Shown here: piece after piece, positions 59,389-64,000 of the stretch
How the letters are laid out: each line of letters starts with the position of its first letter
How positions within the stretch are numbered: the first letter of the stretch is position 1
Assembly: GCA_032128115.1 (NCBI GenBank)
Contig: JAQBHB010000051.1
Span: 18,629-82,628, forward strand
Source: Deltaproteobacteria bacterium
GTDB lineage: Bacteria > Myxococcota_A > UBA9160 > SMWR01
Reading direction: 5' to 3'
DNA: 64,000 nucleotides
Made by a program: the position numbers and the translations under genes
Notes under the pieces: model-generated
Databases searched by the model: none
What the model was told of the DNA's origin: nothing
The model's input: only the letters and a program-made list of their open reading frames with translations

Positions 59389-61044
59389 TTGCTGGCTCGC
59401 TTCGTTGCACTCGTGATCCTGCTGCTGCCGGCCATGGCCTGGGGCGAGGCGGACCTGCGCGTGTCGTTGGCGGCCGGGGTGGAGTACGACAACAACGTCT
59501 TCCGAACCAGCGACGACCAGACCCAGGACGTGTTGTTCCGGATCGGGCCGCGCATCCGGTTTCGCGATGAGCGCGAGAACCTGGACTACAACTTCTCGTA
59601 CCGGCTTCCCTATTCGCGCGGATTCGAGACGCGCCAAGACGCCAGCTTCGACCAGTTCTTCACGGGCGGCCTCAGCTATCGCTTCACCCCCAGGACCAGC
59701 TTCACGATGGAAGACCGTTTCGCGTGGATCCGCTCGGATCGGGCCGTGCAGCCCATCGACGACCCGGACGCGCCGCAGATCAACACCGGGGACGAGCGCA
59801 TCCTGCGCAACAACCTGAACGCGAGCCTGGAACACCTGTTCACGAACCGGCTGACGGGCACACTCGGCGTCGCCTCGAGCCTCTTCACGTCCGATCGCGA
59901 CGACCGGCGCGAGGTCCAGACCTACAACGGCGCCGGCAACCTGAGCTACGCGCTGAACTCGAAGCACCGCATCGGAGGCGGCGCCAGCTTCACTCATCAG
60001 GACTTCGCCGATCTTCCCGAGCAGCCCGGAAGCACCACCGACATCTACCGCGTCTTCGCGTCCTGGATGTATCGGATCGACGAGACGCTTTCGTTCAGCA
60101 TCCGGGGCGGCCCCACCTGGATCGACACCGTGCAAAACGGTGCGGCGGCGCTGGTGGCCAACAACAACCCGGCCGGATTCGGCAACCCCTTCCTGTTCAC
60201 GCGGGTCACCGATGCGGGCTTCGCCAATGGCGTGCCCATCGATACCGATGGCAACGGCAGCCCAGACATCCGTATCAACAACGTGTTCCTTCCGGTAGAC
60301 AGCCTGATCATCGCGACGGAACAATCCTGCGGCGTGTTGGCTCCCAGCACGCCGGTGATCTCGCCCCAGCCGTCCTGCAATGAGGGCGACTACAGCGTGA
60401 TCCCCTACGACACCCCGAGCAACCAGGCGATCGTGGACGCGATCGTGGCGGATGGTTCCGTCCCCTTCTTCGCGTTCGTGGATCCCCCCGGTGCGCCCAC
60501 GTCCCAGCAGAGCACCCAGTTCACCTATTTCGGATCCGCGTCGCTGAACAAGCGCTGGAGCCCTCGGGTCTCCTCGGGGCTCAGCTATCAACGCTCGGAG
60601 AGCAGCGCCTCGGGGGTCGGCGGGAGCACGATTCTCGATGCCGTGACGGCGAACCTCAATTTCCGCTACTCGAGCCTGTGGAACTTCGCCCTGCGGGCCG
60701 ACTGGACCAACCGGACGTCGGTTGCGCCCACTACCTCCACGTTCCGGACGCAGCAGGCGTTCGACTCCGGGGCGACGGTGGTGCCCGGCGGCGAGACACC
60801 GTTCCTGGCCGAGATGACGGGCGAGCGGGTCTTCCGGATCGTCAACACCGAGATCAACACGAACCGCTGGGCGGTTGCCGGGCGCACGTCCCGGCGGATC
60901 ACCCGGCGTCTGGAGGCCAACCTCCGCCTTGCTTACAACCAGCAGTCGTCCCAGTCGGGCACCCGCGGCTCATCCAGCGATTTCGATGACGTCACCCTGA
61001 TCATGGGTGTCAACTACCTATTCGACCCGGTGCCCCTGTGGTGA
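59389..61044 (+). CDS. Outer-membrane beta-barrel of polysaccharide export locus
   Basis: Signal peptide, EYDNNV, alternating beta-strand pattern, terminal Trp; between wza and wzc. Confidence 0.78.
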   Translation: MLARFVALVILLLPAMAWGEADLRVSLAAGVEYDNNVFRTSDDQTQDVLFRIGPRIRFRDERENLDYNFSYRLPYSRGFETRQDASFDQFFTGGLSYRFTPRTSFTMEDRFAWIRSDRAVQPIDDPDAPQINTGDERILRNNLNASLEHLFTNRLTGTLGVASSLFTSDRDDRREVQTYNGAGNLSYALNSKHRIGGGASFTHQDFADLPEQPGSTTDIYRVFASWMYRIDETLSFSIRGGPTWIDTVQNGAAALVANNNPAGFGNPFLFTRVTDAGFANGVPIDTDGNGSPDIRINNVFLPVDSLIIATEQSCGVLAPSTPVISPQPSCNEGDYSVIPYDTPSNQAIVDAIVADGSVPFFAFVDPPGAPTSQQSTQFTYFGSASLNKRWSPRVSSGLSYQRSESSASGVGGSTILDAVTANLNFRYSSLWNFALRADWTNRTSVAPTTSTFRTQQAFDSGATVVPGGETPFLAEMTGERVFRIVNTEINTNRWAVAGRTSRRITRRLEANLRLAYNQQSSQSGTRGSSSDFDDVTLIMGVNYLFDPVPLW

Positions 61045-61060
61045 GGAAGCGAAAGCCCTC

Positions 61061-62707
61061 ATGAACGTATCGAACGGATTCCAGGTTTCCGATGTGATGG
61101 GGATCGCGCGGCGCCGCGGCCGGGCCGCGGCGATCGTCGCCGGGGTCGTGCTGTTGGCGGCCTACTGGCTCGCCATGGCGCTGCCCAATGAATTCGAGAG
61201 CTACGCCACGGTGCTGGTGGAGCCCCAGTCGGTCTCGCCGGAGCTGGTGCAGGCCGGCGTCGCCGAGAGCGACCTGAACGAGCGCCTGCACCTGATGACC
61301 GCCCAGATCCTGAGCCGCCCGCGGCTTTCGAAAATCATCGACGACCTGGAGCTCTACCGGGATGAATCGGAGGAGATGGTGCGCGAAGAGGTGATCGACC
61401 TCATGCGCGGCGCCATCCGCGTGGAGCCGGTGCTGCCGGAGATGGAGCGGGGTGCGGCCTCGAGGCAGCGCGATAGTGAGATCAACCAGTTCCGCATCAA
61501 CTTCCACGCCCGGGACGGAAAGGTGGCGGCGCGGGTGGCGCAGCGCCTGGCCAACGATTTCATCGAGGAGCACATCAGCGAGCGCGTCAAGATTTCGCAG
61601 AAGAGCCTGGAGTTCATCCAGGGCGAGCTGGAGCGGATCTCGCAGCGCATGGTCGAAATCGAGTCCAGGGTTTCCACCATCAAGGCCGAGAATCCGGGCC
61701 GCCTGCCCGAGGACATGTCCGCCAGCCAGCGCGGCCTGGAGCGCATCTCCACCGAGATCTCCCGGGTCCAGCGCGAAGCCGACCTGGCACGCAGCGACGA
61801 GGCCTTCTGGCGCACCCAGGTGTTGGCGGCCCAATCCCTCGAGCGTCCCAACGACAACGCCAGTCCCACGCGGCGCCTGCAGATGCTGGAGCTCCAGGTG
61901 GCGGAGTTCCAGGGCCGGGGTCTGACGGTGAAGCACCCGGACTACATGAAGGTCCAGGCGGAGCTGGACGCGATCCGTCAGCAGATCGTGACGCAGCAGG
62001 CCAGGCAGGACGCGCCCGAGATCGAGGTGCCGCCCAACTATCAGCAGCAGATCGCCGAGGCGGAGCGCCAGCGCTCGGAGCTGCGCACCCAGACCACCCA
62101 GGAGGAGATCGATCGCCTGCAGTCCCAGGCCGAGAGCCTGCGAACCCTGCTGGCCGAGACGCCCCGGGTGGCCGAGCAACTCGACGCCCTGGGCCGTGAA
62201 TACAAATCCCAGCTGGACAGCTACCAGATCTACATCGCGCGCCAGCAGGAGGCGGGGGTCCAGGCCGACATGGAACGCCGCCAGCTGGGCGAGCAGTTCC
62301 GCGTGCTGGAATCGGCCTTCGTGGCGCCGCGTCCGGCGTCGCCCAACCGCATTCTCATCGCCGTCCTGGGCTTCTTGTTCGCCATGGCGTTTGCCAGCGG
62401 TACGGCCATCATGCTGGAGGCGGCCGACACGTCCATGCACACCGCGCGCCAGCTGCAGGTGGCCCTGAACCTGCCGGTGCTCGCGGCCGTGCCCGAGATC
62501 TGGCTGGAGTCGGACCGTCGTCGGCGCCGTCGCTCCTTCATTCGGCAGGCCATCGTATCCGCGGCGGTGACGGGTTTCGTGCTCCTGGGCGGTGCGGCGA
62601 ACTACGCGTGGGTCAACGGGATGCCAGGCTTCCTCAAGGACTTCACCGGGCAGGCTGAGAAGCCCCAACCGGGCGGGCGCGCGGCCAGCCCCGGTGGAGA
62701 GGGATAG
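61061..62707 (+). CDS. Polysaccharide co-polymerase (Wzc-like, no kinase domain)
   Basis: TM, ILSRPRL, coiled coil, HPD, GEQFRVLE...PASPNR, TM, LNLPVLAAVP. Confidence 0.87.
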   Translation: MNVSNGFQVSDVMGIARRRGRAAAIVAGVVLLAAYWLAMALPNEFESYATVLVEPQSVSPELVQAGVAESDLNERLHLMTAQILSRPRLSKIIDDLELYRDESEEMVREEVIDLMRGAIRVEPVLPEMERGAASRQRDSEINQFRINFHARDGKVAARVAQRLANDFIEEHISERVKISQKSLEFIQGELERISQRMVEIESRVSTIKAENPGRLPEDMSASQRGLERISTEISRVQREADLARSDEAFWRTQVLAAQSLERPNDNASPTRRLQMLELQVAEFQGRGLTVKHPDYMKVQAELDAIRQQIVTQQARQDAPEIEVPPNYQQQIAEAERQRSELRTQTTQEEIDRLQSQAESLRTLLAETPRVAEQLDALGREYKSQLDSYQIYIARQQEAGVQADMERRQLGEQFRVLESAFVAPRPASPNRILIAVLGFLFAMAFASGTAIMLEAADTSMHTARQLQVALNLPVLAAVPEIWLESDRRRRRRSFIRQAIVSAAVTGFVLLGGAANYAWVNGMPGFLKDFTGQAEKPQPGGRAASPGGEG

Positions 62708-62716
62708 GGCAGGCCC

Positions 62717-63880
62717 ATGTATCGCGAATTCTACGGACTGCTGCGTTCCCCCTTCGAGATGACGCCCGACCCGGCGTTCCTCCATCTGGGCGAGACCCAC
62801 CGGGAGGGATTGGCGACGCTGGTGTACGGGGTTCGCTCGCGCAAGGGATTTGTACTGCTCACCGGCGAGGTGGGAACCGGCAAGACCACGTTGCTGCACT
62901 CCCTGCTGGCGCAGCTCGACGAGAACACGGCCTCGGCGTACATCTTCAATCCGACGCTCGAGCCCCTGGATTTCTTCCGGGTGCTCTTCGACGAGCTGGA
63001 CGTGAAGACCCCGTGTCGCAGCAAGGCCGAGTACCTGCTGGCTCTGAATCACTACCTGATCGACCGGCTCCAGAAGAACCAGTCCGCACTGCTCATCATC
63101 GACGAGGCCCAGAACCTCGCGTCCGAAACCCTGGAGGAAATCCGCCTGTTCTCCAACGTCGAGACGTCGACGTCGAAGCTGATCCAGATCCTGCTGTTCG
63201 GGCAGCCCGAGCTCGATGACAAGCTCGACTCCCACGCGCTGCGCCAGCTGCGCCAGCGCATCAGCGTGCGCTGGAGTCTGGGCGCGATGTCCTCGGCGGA
63301 AACCGGCGAGTACGTGCGCCACCGTCTCAGCATCGCGGCGGGCTACGAGAGTCGCTTCTTCAGCGACGCGGCGCTGCGCGAAGTCCACCGCCGCACCCGT
63401 GGTGTCCCGCGCCTGGTCAACATGCTGTGCGACCGTTCGCTGCTGGCGGGTTATGCGGCAGGTGCGCGACAGGTGAGCGTCGACATCGTCCGAGGAGTGG
63501 CGAAGGAGATGTCCGGCTCGCCGCAGCGCTGGCGCGATATCCCGCGTTGGGTTCCCGCCGTGGCGGTCCTTTCGATTCTTTGGGTGTTGCTCGTCGGCGC
63601 CTTCGCATGGGTGCAATGGGGTCCCTCGGACCCGAGTCAGCACGTCGAGTCGGACTCGTGGGGTCAGCGCGACATCGCGGCCCCCCATCCGCGCGTCGTG
63701 GATCCCCTCCCGCCCGTGGCATCGTCGCCGCCGGTCGAGCCCGCCGAAGCCGCGGTCTACTTCGACGAGACCGTCTCCTTCGACGCGGCCGAACCGTTCG
63801 AAGAGCCGCTGTTGTTCATCGTCGAGCCCGCGGATCCTGCCGTCGCGATTTCGGCGGCCGATGCTGGGGAGCCCGGATGA
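62717..63880 (+). CDS. ExeA-like secretion AAA ATPase
   Basis: PFEMTPDP, GEVGTGKT, IIDEAQN, GQPEL, QLRQRI, GVPRLVN; C-terminal TM. Confidence 0.9.
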   Translation: MYREFYGLLRSPFEMTPDPAFLHLGETHREGLATLVYGVRSRKGFVLLTGEVGTGKTTLLHSLLAQLDENTASAYIFNPTLEPLDFFRVLFDELDVKTPCRSKAEYLLALNHYLIDRLQKNQSALLIIDEAQNLASETLEEIRLFSNVETSTSKLIQILLFGQPELDDKLDSHALRQLRQRISVRWSLGAMSSAETGEYVRHRLSIAAGYESRFFSDAALREVHRRTRGVPRLVNMLCDRSLLAGYAAGARQVSVDIVRGVAKEMSGSPQRWRDIPRWVPAVAVLSILWVLLVGAFAWVQWGPSDPSQHVESDSWGQRDIAAPHPRVVDPLPPVASSPPVEPAEAAVYFDETVSFDAAEPFEEPLLFIVEPADPAVAISAADAGEPG

Positions 63881-63912
63881 GCACCATTCTCAAAGCCCTC
63901 GATCGCCTCGAG
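63877..63912 (+). CDS. 5' fragment of a probable GspB/ExeB-like gene (MSTILKALDRLE), interrupted
   Basis: ATGA coupling to the ATPase; N-terminus typical of ExeA partners. Confidence 0.45.
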
Positions 63913-64000
63913 AGCGTAGGTGGAACAGGTGGGAACGTAGCGACAGGGCGACGCCCGGCCGGCGGTGACCCGCTGGTACCCGCGCACGAACCAGGCGAGG
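63898..64000 (-). CDS. yidD: Fragment of membrane protein insertion efficiency factor YidD
   Basis: VRGYQR...SPCRYVPTCSTYALEAIE signature; resemblance stops abruptly at 63898. Confidence 0.75.

Overview
High-GC bacterial window; gene content and style suggest Myxococcota/deltaproteobacteria (inference). After three housekeeping genes (partial mtnA, rsmI, ligA), about 60 kb (3728-63880) is one surface-polysaccharide region in 13 alternating-strand blocks, bracketed by two paralogous sigma-54 response regulators. It encodes Wzx/Wzy-type assembly and export (two flippases, a Wzy-like polymerase, a short Wza, an outer-membrane beta-barrel, a kinase-less Wzc and an ExeA-like ATPase), an exosortase with EpsI, six glycosyltransferases and a GDP-heptose pathway. 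Tailoring enzymes are unusually many: two sulfotransferases, three methyltransferases, an acyltransferase plus SGNH protein, an SxtI/J/K-like carbamoylation triad, an AsnB amidotransferase and a CapK-like ligase. Most interesting candidates: a DUF4956/VTC/CotH phosphate module embedded in the glycan locus; a secreted phosphoesterase-like protein with a 'CGLG' C-terminal sorting-like tail; a 29-bp dispersed repeat at strand-switch junctions; and a triplicated in-phase sigma-54 promoter. One glycosyltransferase is frameshifted, and the last ~100 bp look like a chimeric join to a yidD fragment. No rRNA, tRNA, CRISPR or transposase was seen. All calls are from motif recognition by eye; no searches were run.
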